Source: Azolla caroliniana (lineage: Eukaryota > Plantae > Polypodiophyta). Taken from it: DNA of 64,000 nucleotides. The notes under the pieces are model-generated. The model was not told the DNA's origin. It made no database searches and saw only the letters and a program-made list of their open reading frames with translations. The position numbers and the translations under genes were made by a program. Of the stretch, positions 50,916 through 64,000 are shown piece after piece (positions within the stretch are counted from its first letter, which is position 1; every line of letters begins with the position of its first letter). The stretch spans positions 9,424,001-9,488,000 of the forward strand of contig JBHGNT010000011.1 of the NCBI GenBank assembly GCA_043228905.1, written 5' to 3'.

Positions 50916-53900
50916 TGTAAAAAAAATAGCGTGCGCAAGCAATAGAAAACCGAACACAGAAACGCAAGTTTAATGGAGAGCTTGAATATACATAGTAGGC
51001 AAGAGAGACAGAGAAAGAGCAGAACAACTTAAATCTATTATCAACAACTTTGTAAAATTCTCTGTACATACAACGTGCTCAACAACACTATTTTAAACAA
51101 GTTCAAAGAGGACTGACAGAAGTACGGTGTAGTTCAATGCTCACATGAGCATCTGACACTAACTACGAGACATTAACTACCTAGTAGTCTATGGCTGCTA
51201 CTAGGCTTCTGGTTATTGTTGGATCCAGCTAACCGGCTCCCTAGCTCACCGGCTCACTTGCTCACTGGCTCACTGGCTCACTGATCCGGCTCATCCTTCT
51301 GGATGTTGATCTGGATCAGGCTTATTAAGCCGATCTGGATCTGGTTGAGCTTGCCGCTCAACACTCCCCCTCAAGCTCAACTTAAGGTCGGATCGTTGTG
51401 TCAGTCTCCATGGCAGCCGGTCCTCCCACCTGGCTCCTTCTAGTGTCACTTCGCCTCGCTCGCGCTCCTTGTCTGGTCCAGTCCCGTTTGCCGTGACCCT
51501 TCTGATTCTTCGCACCTTGACCTCCTCGGTCAGCTTTTCTGCTCAACAGGCCCAATTCAGCTCCCTGCTGCTGTGATTTCGGCGCTTGCTGATTTGCCGA
51601 TTCCTTCGTGTTGGCGTCGACTGTCGCTGCCTTCTCGTCCTCTTGGCCTTGATTTGATATGGTTCTTCCGAATCCGTATGTTGAACCAAATCAGCTGTCT
51701 TCGATTGGTTCTAGCTCTTGTTCGAATCAGTTTCCCGATTCATCTTCCGGTTCCAAGTAGTTCACCACATCGGACCATGTTCGGGTCTTGACCTTCTTCT
51801 TCCGGTTGGCTCTGTCCTTATTGACTCTGCCGCCGTTGCCGCTTGTTCTGACTTGTTCGGATGTGGCAGCCTGCTTTGTCGACTCGGCTCCTTTCTTCTT
51901 CTTGCCTCTCCCTTTGTTGGTTCTTCCCTCACCGGCGTAGTCGGCAGTTTCTTTGCCTTTGCCCATTCCGGTGTCTTTGCCCATTCCAGTTTCTTTGCCT
52001 TTGCTAGTTTCAGTGTCTTTGCCCGTTCTCCCCCTCAAGTGTGGCACGTCGAGATGTTGAACACCAAGCATTCGGTGAAGTGCTGCAACTTGTCCGACCC
52101 GAGCGGTTTGGTGAAGATGTCGGCAACTTGCCGATCCGTATGAACATACCGAAGTGCATTTCTATGTGCTTTGTGCGAGCATGGAATACGGGGTTCTTGG
52201 CGAGCTACATGCTGCTTAAGTTGTTGCAGTAGATCAGGATCAGGGTCGGCACCGATGGCAACGATAGCGCCCCGGTATTCAGCTTCAGTGCTCGAAAGGG
52301 CCACTGTTGGCTGCTTTTTGCTACTCCATGCAACAACCGCGCTACCAAGGGAAAACATATAGATGGAGGTGGATCGGCAATCCGATGCATCGTCGACCCA
52401 ATCGGCATCGGTGCAGCCGATTAGCTCTTCGGTTATACCATGCCGGTATAACAGTCCCCGGTCCTTCGTGCTACTCACATATCGCAAAATTCGATGCGCG
52501 CATAGAAGGTGCTCTACAGTCGGCTTCTGCATATATTGGTTGATCACGTCGTCCGGATAACTGATGTCAAATATATAAGGCTTTCGACGACTTGTTGGAA
52601 CCGCTTCTCATCACAGGCCAGTCCGGAGTCAGAACGAAGTTTTTGGTTCCGATCCAGGGGTGTGGGGATCGGTCGGCATTCCGTCATGTCGAACTTGCAC
52701 AGTATATTCAACACATAGTGTCTTTGTGAGAGCAATATGCCGTCGGGGGTTCGGATCACCTCGATCCCAAGGAAATAGTGAAGGTCCCCCAGGTCCTTCA
52801 TCTCAAATGCTTTTGATAGTTGGGACTTGACTCAGCTGATTTCATCGAGTTTGGGTCCGGTGATGACTAAATCATCAACATACAGTAAGATGCAAACCGG
52901 ACCGTCTAGACCTTGCCGAATGAACAACGAAGAGTCGGACTTGGAGGCCACAAACCCCATCTTACGCAACCGGTGCGTGATCTTCGCATTCCAAGCTCGG
53001 GGGGCTTGCTTCAGGCCATAAAGTGACTTCTTTAGTCGGCATACCGCCGACTTGTTCATCTCTGACTGGAAACCGGGGTGTTGGGTCATAAAGACCTCTT
53101 CTTCAAGATCACCTTGAAGAAATGCATTCTTCACGTCCATCTGGTGAAGATACCACCCCCTTGCCGCAGCAACCGCCAACATCACATGAACCGTCGTTAT
53201 CTTTGCTACCGGAGCGAAGGTCTCGTCAAAGTCGATTCCGTCGGTCTACGTGTATCCCTTCGCCACTAACCGGGCCTTGTACCGGTTAACCGAACCGTCA
53301 ACATTGTACTTTACATTGTACACCCACTTACATCCAATCAGTTTACAGTGTCGGGGAGGGTCAACTAGGTCCCATGTGTCGTTGTCATAAAGTGCCCACA
53401 TTTCTTCCTCCATAGAGGCACGCCAATTTGCGTCCTTTGCTGCTTCTGCGTAGCTTTCCGCCTCACGCACTTCCGCCATCTTGGTCATGTACGCATAGTG
53501 ATGCGCCATGTACTCATTGTATCCGTACCGCTTCATGTGGTGCTTCTGGCGGGAAGACCGGCGTAACTTATTGTTACCCGGTTTGAGGCCCTTCTTGGCC
53601 GGTTCGGTCTTCGTTGCCGAAGATCCGCCTTCTTCGTTTTCGGAGTCGGATCCGCTCCGATTCGACTCACCATTGCCGGTTTCGTGCTCCGACATCTTCC
53701 TCTTCCCCTTTTCCTTGTGTGTGAACCGTCTCCTCGGTTCCTTGCACGGGGGGAACATGGCAGAGTCTCCACTACTCACCGGTTCATCTTTTGACTGGTC
53801 TGTCTGACCCAGTCGCTCGTTCGGCCCGCTCAACCGAAACGAATCCGGACTCACATCTAGAGTCTCAAACCCTTCGTCTTCTAACTGGACCGGTTCAGGC

Positions 53901-55640
53901 TCACTAGCCTCATCCTCTGGTATCGGGTCGGGGTCGGAAGTCGGAGCCGGTAAGGCATACCATGATGCCGTCTCATCAAACTCAAGATCCCGGCTTACTC
54001 AGACCTGCTTTGTCTGGATGTTGTAACACTTATACCCCTTTTGCTCATGGGAGTAACCGATCAGGATGCATTTCTCTAACTTTGCATCCAACTTCCTCCG
54101 CTTCTCATCCGACATATGTACATATGCAATACTTTTGAATATCCGAAGGTGTCTCAAATTCGGCTTGCGCCCGAAATACAACTCATGTGCGGACACCTTG
54201 TAACCGATCCGGTTTTGGATATAGACGACCGTTTGGACCGCCTCAGCCCAGTAGAATTTGGGCATGCTGTTTTCCTCTAGCATCGCCCTTGCCGCGTCGA
54301 TAATCAACCGGTTCTTCCTCTCGGCCACAACGTTTTGCTTCGGTGTGTATCTGTAGCTGAACTCTCTCCGAATTCCTTTCTGCAGCAGATAACTATTGAA
54401 TTGGCCGGAAAAATATTCTTTTCCACCATCCGACCGTAGGCACTTGATCTTCCTCTCCGTTTCTTGTTCAACCAGGCTTTGCAGGTTCCGGAAACACGCG
54501 AAGTCTTTGCTCTTTCGCTCAATGAGGTAGATCCATGTGTGCCGCCTGTAGTCATCAATGAAGGAGACGAATTATCGACTCCTGCCAAGACTAATGTTTT
54601 GTGTCGGTCCCCATACATCTGAATGAATAAGGTTGAGCTTGTTATGGCTACGGTTTCGTTCGGTGGGGAATGGAAGTCGGTGTTGCTTCCTGAGTTGGCA
54701 GCCTTCACATATTTGGACCTTCCGGCCACTGAACTTCAGCAAACCGAAAACAACTTGTTTCGTTTGCAGGTCTTGAATCCTCCGGTAATTGACGTGGTCG
54801 ATCCGCTTGTGCCAGAGATCAATATCCGATTCAATCTTCTGTCCTTTGGCGAACAAAGCGGTGCCAACGTCATTTGTGTCGAGGATGAACATCCTCCCAT
54901 CTTTGCGCCCTTGCGCAATAATCTGGTCCTCTTCTTCGATGAAGCACCCAAGGTGCGTAAAGCACACCTGCATCCCCTAGTCAATGATCTGACCGACTAA
55001 AACTAGGTTCTTCGTGATAGTTGGAACATGTAATACGTTCATCAACTTCCCCCTTTATTCGACGTTGCTCAAAGAGACTTCTCTGATATGCATGATTGGG
55101 TAAGGAGTGTCGTCTCCGGTTTCGACGACTCCCAGTTATTCTGGTTTCTCCAAGAAAGAGAACCACTCTTTGTGCCTCGTCGTGTGATTCGACGCCCCGG
55201 AATCAACGTACCACACTTCCTACGATTTGGAAGCGGTCTTCTTCATCGAGTTAGCCTCGCGTTTCATCACCAAAGCTGGCCCTTTACTGGCTTTTCCGGT
55301 TTTGGATCCTCCCGATCCTTCTGTATAGTGCGAGTATTGTTGGTTCTCTCTACCGGCCTTGCCGGATCCGGATCTATCTGAATCGGTGCGCTTCTTCCAA
55401 CACTCGCTTTCTCTGTGTCCCTTTTTACCACAGTACTAGCATTCCGTGTCGGTCTTTGCTTGCCGGCCTCTGGCGCCACTTTTACTCCCCCTGCTTGTGG
55501 AGGGCCCGGAACTGTTGTCGACACGTTCTCTGTGCCTTCGGTCCTACTCTTGCCGGCCGCTACCATTGCGAGCCAACCCGCCTCGTCCACCACACCCACG
55601 GGGCCATCCGCCTTCATGTACAACGTCCGACTGTCGGTGG
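50916..55640 (-). mobile_element. Decayed Copia: 3' LTR 50916-51363, PPT 51364-51374, pol and end of gag; interrupted at 55641
   Basis: LLYVDDL, GLKQAPRAW, LIHSDVWGP and WSSKKQPTVALS motifs; CTCCCCCTCAA next to the LTR. Confidence 0.92.
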
Positions 55641-58600
55641 TGTTAGAGACATGAACTAATGTAAGCATTAGATAAGGATAGAATATAGATAGATAGATAG
55701 AAAGGAGAGAAAGGAAGAAGGGTGCCGATCCACCCGACCACCCCCAAGCGAAGGGATCGAGATGGACTTGAGCCTCGATCGGCGTCCCATACCACCGTTG
55801 TGGTGTCAAGTCGTACCTGGTGCTGGCGCGCTCGCTACAAGGGTTGACCCACCACAAGATAGAGTCTCGACGTAGTCAACAAGATGATGAAATGAGGGTA
55901 GCTAGGCTTCTTATTTATAGCGATACCCAAGGCCCCCAGGCAAGTTCACACTTGGCCTAATAAGTTGTCTCAATCCCGAGGATTAAAAGTAATCATCCCC
56001 TTCTTTACACTCTCGTTTAACCCTCACACTAATCCATGTGTATAGAATACTACAGTCAATTCTCACCACGGGATATTATATGGTCATGCCCGTAACATAC
56101 TCCTCCTCTTTAAAACATTGCACTCTTGCAATGGAAAGTTAGGGAAGTTAGTTCTGACAATATTTTCGCGTTCCCATGTGGCATCTTTTATTGATTTATC
56201 CATTCATTTTATTTTAAATTCTCGGATTTCTTTAGTACGCAATTTCTTTTTTTTAACATCGAGAATTCTTTCTAGTACATCTGGTTTAGAAGATAATTCT
56301 TTAGAAGTAACCAGAGTTTCAGTTGTAACTGTATTGTAACCGAAACCTATAAGTTCTTTTAGACGACTCACATGAAAAACTGGATGAATTTCTACACCAT
56401 CGGGAAGAGTGAGACGATAGGTTGATGACCCAATGCATTTGAGGACTGTAAAAGGTCCACAAAACTGTGAGGCTAACTTAGCGCATTTACCCTTAGACAA
56501 TGTCTTACAATTGTGAGGTACACATAAAAATACCTTCTGTCCATGGTTGAATACAAGAGGTTGCCTATGATGATCGGCATAAAAACGCGCTCTATCTTGA
56601 GTTGTTTTAATATTATCTCGTGCAACATGCAACATATCTTGCATATCCCAAAGAACGTTTTGAGTACTTCGCAACTCATCATGATGTATATTAACATCAA
56701 TCGGGGCTCGTGGCAGAAAACCATACATAAACATAAAAGGACTATATCCCGTCGATGTATGCTTGGAGCTAGTATAAGAAAACTCCAAAATTGGGAAATA
56801 ACGTTCCCATTTTGTTGGTTTTGCACCAACGTATGCTCGAAGCATGTCCTCCATGATTTGATTTACTCGTTCTGTTTGTCGATCGGATTGACGATGATCT
56901 GTGGAACTCATGCTCAACGTAGTTTCTAACTTCTTAAAGACTTGCGTCCAAAAGTCACTAGTAAATTTTGGATCTCGATCACTCATGACATCCATCGGTA
57001 ACCCATAAAAACGAAATAACTCGTCAACGAATTGGCAAGCCAATTCAGGAGTTGTTACCATGGTTTTAGTAGCAATAAATCTGGCCATTTTAGTTAGTTT
57101 ATCAACCACAACCCAAATGGCATCATGACCTTTTTGGGTGCGAGGAAGCGTAACAATAAAATCCATGGATATACTTCCCCACTTATTATTGGGAATGTCC
57201 AAGGGATGTAAAAGTCCTGCGGCTTTAAGTCACTCAACTTTGTTAACCTGACATAAGTGACATGTAGTCACATAACTATGTATGTTAGGGCGCATCTTAG
57301 GCCAATAAAATTGAGTGGAGATGAGAATGAGTGTAGGATGTATTCTAGGGTGCCCTTCTGAGGGTGCATCATGGCATTCAAAAAGAATTCTCTTTTTGAC
57401 CTCAGGCAAATCTGGAACACAAACCTTCCCATTACGGTAGAGCAGACCATTAACAATGTGGAAATATTCCTTCGAGGATGTGGTGGTATCTATTCCAGAC
57501 TCAACTCTTGCCCAATATTTTGCAAAATAACTGTCATCAGGATACTTTCCTCGAAGGTGATTATAAAGATTTGATGATATTTCAGTGAAGCTAAGCATGT
57601 TAACTTCACGAATGCGACTTAGTGCATCAACGACAGTGTTCATGGAACCTTTACGATATCGTATGGAAAAATCAAAGTCCTGGATGAGATCAGCCCATCG
57701 TGCCTTACGACCTTTTAGGTTTTGTTGGTCACAAAAATATTTCAAGAACTCGTGGTCTATAGTTACCACAAAGCGATTTCCATAAAGATAATGGAGCCAT
57801 GTTTTGAGCCATGTATAACTGCAAATAATTCCTTTTCTTGAACGGTATACCGACATTGAGCAGAATCAAGTTTCTTACTCTCAAATGCTATTGGTTTACC
57901 ATCTTGATATAAGACAACACCTATAGCATAATCACTTGCATCAGTTTCAACCTCAAAAGGTTTTGAAGGATCAGGTAAAAGAAGTGAAGGAGCCTTGCAC
58001 ACCAGGTCCTTGAGTTCCTTAAAGGCGAGGTCTAGTGTAGCATTCCAGACAATAGGTTTTGTAGACTTACACGTTTGACCTTTTAGAAGATCAGTAGACG
58101 GCGTTGTCAATTGGGAGTAATTACGAAGGGATTTTCGCAAAAACCCGACAAAACCAAAGAATGATTGAACTTCTCGAATAATCCGAAGAGTGGGCCAAAG
58201 CTTGATTTTCTCGATGTGATAAGGATCAATTTCAACTCCTCGTTCGGTTATGAGATGTCCAAGATAAGTAATTGATTTCTTGAAGAACTCACATTTTGAG
58301 ATCTTCACATAAAATTGTTTGTCACGCAATGTTTGTAAAACAAAGCGGACTTTAGCATGTTCTTGTAATGTACGAATATAAACTAAAATATCATCCAAGA
58401 AAATAACGACAAATTTTCCAAGTTGTTCTCGGAAAATGTCATTCATTTCTTGTTGAAATGTTGCCAGAGCATTGGTCAAACCAAAAGGCATAATCAAAAA
58501 CTCATAATGGCCATAGCGCGTACGAAATGTCGTTTTAGGAACATCGTCCTGAGTTATATGAATTTGATGGTAGCTTGTATAGAGATCAAGTTTCGTAAAA

Positions 58601-61600
58601 TACCGAGCTTCGTGGAGACGGTGAATTAGATCATCAGGCCGGGGCAATGGATACAAATTCTTGATTGCCACTTTATTCAAGCGTCGGTAATTAATACACA
58701 TACGCCATGTGCCCACTTTCTTTTTAACCAAGAGAACTGGTGCACCCCATGGAGATTTACTATAACGTATATAACCCATTCGTAAATAGTCCTTGAGTTT
58801 CTTAGATACCTCATCCAGGTATACTTATAGGTGCAACGGCAGGTACAATATCTATACGACGGTCTATATTACGTTTAGGAGGTAACCCATCTAGTAGTTC
58901 ACTCGGAAAAACATCACAAAAATCAGTTAAGATTTCATCAAGTTGTTGTTGTTCAAAATATGAAAATTGAACCGAGACATTATCGATATTGTAAATGTGA
59001 ATGTACGGATCAAGTACACAATAAAATAGAGTAGAACAAGACAACTTAGATATTGATGGAGAGGAAACAATCGAGAGGGAATGTTTTTTTACACATTGAA
59101 TAAAATGGGTACAGTCGTTCAGTACAAATGTAATTGAATGATGAACCCAATCAATAGATAAAGAAGAGTTTTTATTATAGAACCAGGGATAACCCAGTAT
59201 TACATCAGTGGTACAAAGATTCATTACATGGAAGTCTACTTCCTCTATATAAGTATTTGTCAAGAATAGTACTAAAACAGAGAGAGAATTAGTACTAGAG
59301 AAGGGAAGTACTATTAGTACTAAGAGGACGGGACTGCGTAAGGCTCCCGAGAGGGAGGAAAGAGAAGAGAAGAGAGAGAGAGAGAGGGAGAGAGATGATG
59401 ATAACAGACGATATATTATAGGAAGAGTAAGTACAAGATGGCTATCAGGCTTAAGACTAGTGCCTTCTTTTATAGTGTTCTCAGGAGTAATCCTGAAGCT
59501 TCTAGAATGTTCCAAAGAAATCTAGAATATACATTAATTTCCTATAACAAAACTTAAATGAAAATAATATCCTACGTATTACAAAAGATGGTATAATGGT
59601 CAAGAGCTCGACCCATATAACATAACTTTACTAGTAATACGGAAAGGACTGAGTCGTCGATAATCCAACTTGTCGCATGGTCGAGTAGTCTTGATGTGAC
59701 GACGTAAGAGCCATACTCGATCTCCGATGGCAAAAGAGGAGGGAAGCCGATAACGATCTGCATAAGTCTTCTGTGTGTGTTGAGCATGACGAAGATGAGT
59801 AGAGAGATCCATTTGGATCTTGCATAGCCTCTCCAAATGATCCTCGACATGAGAATTGGTAGGTAGCTCCAGGGTGTCGATCGCCGACCAACGAGGATGA
59901 GAACCGGTATAAGCCTAAAATGGGGAGACCCAAGTCGAGGAGTGAACAACAATATTATATCCAAAATCCATAAAGTGGAGAATCTCGGCCCAATCGTCTT
60001 GTTGATAACTCAGAAAACACTGGAGATATTGTGCCAACGTTTTGTTTGTTCGTTCCGGTTGCCCATCAGTCTAGGGATGGTAGCTAGAGGAGAGGTTGCA
60101 AGAGACCTTGAGCATCTTGAAGAGATGCTGCCAAAACTTGGAGACGAATTGAGGTCCTCGGTCACTGATGATACTGTCTGGGAGGCCATGATGCCGAAAT
60201 ACCTCACGCATGATAAAGGCAGTGGTTTCCTCGCTAGTGATGGCCTTAGTACACGACACAAAATGTGCCATCTTAGTATATTGATCGACGACAGTTAAGG
60301 TAGCATTGAACCCCTTCGAGACCGGCAGATTTGTGATAAAATCAAGACAAATAGACTACCACGGCTTACTTGGAATCGGTAAGGGTTCCAACAACCCCTA
60401 TGGATGGTGTCAGGGCATCTTTGCTCGGCAGCAAGCATCACAAGATCGAACGTAGTCGTCGACAAACGTCACATATGGGGCCACCAAAAAGATCGTTGAA
60501 CAAGATCCAATGTCTTAGTACTACCGAAATGTCCCACCGTTTGGGTGTCGTGGCAATTTTGGACGATTTGAAGGCAACTGGAGCAATCGGGGACATATAG
60601 AAGCTTTTTAAAGAATAACAAACCATCATGATATTCGAATTGTCGGTAGTCCGTACTTGGTTGTTGAGATTGGGAACAGGATGCCCGAGAAATATCAATG
60701 TGCACCAGAATGTCTTGAGCGAAACTATCTGTCTTCAGGCTCGCACGTATGGCATCGGTAATCCGGGAATCCATTGTAGTGTGAAAAATCCGCGTTGTGT
60801 GCAATTGTGTTGGTCCCAAGATTACTTGCTTTTGATTATCAAACGTTGGATCACTAGGACGAGGTGCAAGATATGAACGTCGTGAGAGCGCATCTACTTT
60901 TGCTTGCTGCTTCCTCGGTCGATATGTGATTTTGAAGTCAAAACGCGTGAGGAATTGAGCCCACCGAGCTTGCCGTCAATTTAGCACTCGAGCGTTCTGG
61001 AAATAAGAAAGGTTTTTGTGATCACTAAAGACGATCACTGATGTGGAGAGCCTTCTAAGAAATGCCTCCATTGCACAAAGGAATCCACGGTGGCTAATAA
61101 CTCCTTGTCATGTATTTCGTAGTTGATTTCCGCGGCATCGAATTTGCGCGAATGGAAAGCCACAATATGTAACTCTTCTTTATCTCTTTGTTGAGAAAGG
61201 ATGCTATTGAGGCCGAAATCCGATGCGTTGGCCTCCATGATGAATGGTTTCTTTGTATCCACATGAGCTAGAATAGGAGCCGATGTAAAGGCTTTCTTAA
61301 GGTGCCGAAAAGCCATGTCCGCTTCATTGGACCAAAGAAATGCTTATCCCTTCTTTGTAAGTTGTGTGAGAGGTAAAATAATCTTCGAGTAATCCTGTAT
61401 AAACCTGCGGTAGAAGTTAGCAAAACCTAGAAAACATTGTACATCTTGTACCGACCGTGGAATTTGCCACTCTAGCACAGTTTGGACATTAGTTGGATCC
61501 ATGGAGATGCCCTTTGGGAGATGATGTAGCCTAGAAATTCCACTTGTTTGCAGTCAAAGCTACATTTTTCTAGCTTGCCCTAAAGACCATTCTCGCGGAG

Positions 61601-63314
61601 TCGTTTTAGTACTAATAGTACATGAGAATCGTGCTCTTCCTGGGTCTTCAAACAGATATCCAAGAGGTCTCTGAATATATCATTTGCCATGTGTTGGAAG
61701 ACTGCGGGTGCATTGGTTAGACCGAACGACATAATAGTATATTCGAAATGCCCATACCGCGTGCGAAAGGCGGTTTTCCATTCATCTCCTGGTCGGATCC
61801 GCACAAGGTTATACGCTCCTTGTAGATTGATTTTTGTAAAAAGCTTGGCACCATTAACTTGCTCTAAAAGACTTGATATAAGAGGAAGTGCATACCTATT
61901 CTAGATGGTGACTTTATTCAAGCCGCGGTAATCAACAACGAGACGAAGTGAGCCATCTTTCTTCTTGACAAAGAAGATGGGTGCACTGGCCGGAGATTTC
62001 GATGACGAATAAACCCGCATGCCAAGTTCTCCTCTATGTAGGCTCGAAGGACTTCTAACTCGGTGGGTGACAAGTTGTAAATTGGTCCCCATGGTGGCTT
62101 TGCTCCTGGCTATAAATCGATGGGACAATCATAGGGACGATGATGAGAAAGAGTACCGGCTTTTACCTTGTCAAACACATCGGTATAAGGATGATATTTC
62201 GTTGGAAGTTGCATTATGGATTCCTCCTTAATAGTGGTGGAAGGATGTACTGACATTGCAAATAGGAACATTGCCTCCTTGTGTCCTTCTTTGCGTAATT
62301 GACGTAGTGAAATGGTCGAAACTCTATGAGTAGATTCTTGGGGTTGTCGATGTCGGACTTCTCTTATTCTCCAATCTATGTCTGGATTATGTAATTCAAA
62401 CCAAGGTAATCCCAGGACAATGGGATGCTCTGGACTACTAATTATATTAAATACTACTACACACACAAAACTACCTAGGACAACTTGAATGGGTTCTGAC
62501 TCTTCTACAATATTGCCGGAAGCAATGGGATGACCATCAATGACTACTACAGATGCGGGGCAAGGAAGTTTTCTTAAGGATATCGGAGAAGCTTGGGCAA
62601 AATTTCAATCCATGAAACAGGAATTAGCTCCGGAATCTAGAAGTGCTAGGACGTGTACTGGGGGAGTACTTTTAGTTCTAACCATGACTTGGAGGGAATG
62701 GAACCACTAATGGGTTGTACAGATCTAGGGCTGTCCAACCAAACGACTCCTATTTTGGATGGACTTAATCATTTAACTCTTCATCTAATTGACTAAGGAT
62801 TTCAAATTTGTTTAAGATACTTGGGCTATTAGTACTATTAATATTATCAGACACTCTATTAGTACTATTAATACTATCAGACACTCCTAAGGGAAGAATT
62901 GACTCGGGTTTAGTATAGGCTACGATTTGATTTACCTGTCTTTTTGCCCTATTGGGACAATTGATTGCGATATGCCTTGGTCCACCGCAATAAAGACATA
63001 ATCGATTTCCACATCGTCGTTGCTTTTCATCTTTCGATAACGGGCCACGTCGACGCATGGTGTCGATCTCCATCGGTGTCAGGGTTTAGGGTTCGGAGAA
63101 AACGGATTGGTACTCTTGGGCGCTAACAGAAGCCATTGTATAGAAAAAGGATAAGAGGATGAGGAAAACCAAACGAAATACTAGAGGAAAAAATTGGTTC
63201 AAAATGTCACGAATAGTACTAAAACAGAGAGAGAATTAGTACTAGAGAAGGGAAGTACTATTACTACTAAGAGGACAGGACTGCGTAAGGCTCCCGAGAG
63301 GGAGGAAAGAGAAG

Positions 63315-63373
<59 letters not shown>

Positions 63374-64000
63374 TGAGGACGACAGAGAGAGAGATGATGA
63401 TAACAGACGATATATTATAGGAAGAGTAAGTACAAGATGGCTATGAGGCTTAAGACTGGCGTTGAACCAATTTGGTTCAAAATAATGCCTAGTGCCTTCT
63501 TTTATAGTGTTCTCAAGAGTAATCCTGAAGCTTCTAGAATGTTCCAGAGAAATCTAGAATATACATTAATTTCCTATAACAAAACTTAAATGAAAATAAT
63601 ATCCTACGTATTACAATAGATGGTATAATGGTCAAGAGCTCGACCCATATAACATAAGTTCATGGGTTCGAGTTTTGCTATATCATGACAGTATCAATAG
63701 AAATTCCCAATGAATGAATCACCCCGTTGATGTATTGTACTCTTCCATCAGCCAAGTGCACTGTATAGGTGTGATCACTTACAGTGGGTTGGATTCCCCA
63801 TATCTGAGCCAAACGATCATTCACAAAATTGTGTGAGCTTCCCGAATCAAACAAAAATTGTACATGAGATCCTTTGATATACCCGTTTGCACGTAGTAAA
63901 TCATTGGGACCCAATACATAGTGAGGGAAAGACAATTGACAATTACTTAACTGATGTGTATAGACCTGAAGGATATTAGGAATCTAACCTTTATGGTCTG
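55641..64000 (-). mobile_element. Decayed Gypsy chromovirus (3' LTR 55641-56097, PPT, chromodomain, INT, RNaseH, RT, PR); continues right of the window
   Basis: LFDSGSSHNFV; MPFGLTNA, FLDDILVY; VETDASDYAIG; WGSISMDFI; HPVFHVSRLK; ERILDV...ATWE chromodomain. Confidence 0.92.
59258..63690 (-). mobile_element. Tcn1-like Gypsy chromovirus nested in the protease of the previous element; deletions in gag and at the INT/3' LTR junction
   Basis: LTRs about 59258-59625 and 63205-63690; TSD GTATT/GTATC; host frame GISIDT|YIEEVDF restored; [53 protein letters not shown]. Confidence 0.93.

Noticed and set aside
23068-55640. Centromere call from the cluster of related Copia elements
   Set aside because: Moss centromeres are reported to be Copia-rich, but species and family cannot be established here, the copies are old and an intact gene is nearby; CENH3 data would be needed.
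58811-59515. 234-aa ORF as a novel gene
   Set aside because: It is a chance fusion of nested LTR sequence with the host protease-RT linker across the insertion junction at 59258.

Overview
Plant nuclear DNA, most likely from a bryophyte (inferred from the Tcn1-like chromoviruses and the tRNA-Trp-primed non-chromovirus Gypsy elements). Most of the window is nested LTR retrotransposons, about 18 elements or solo LTRs, many delimited by TG..CA ends, PBS, PPT and TSD. The one clear host gene is a 7-coding-exon PHR1/PHL-like MYB-CC transcription factor (minus strand, 7928-10009). Main observations: (1) a G_GAU_UUU slippery site with an H-type pseudoknot at the end of gag-protease in two diverged Gypsy elements; (2) Tf1-like self-priming PBS with a co-varying base pair in two chromovirus copies; (3) four Gypsy insertions whose 4-bp target sites are all nCGn; (4) a second PBS written into the deletion junction of a young truncated Copia; (5) tRNA-like A/B-box modules inside LTRs of several Gypsy families. 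Everything was read by eye; no searches or folding programs were run.
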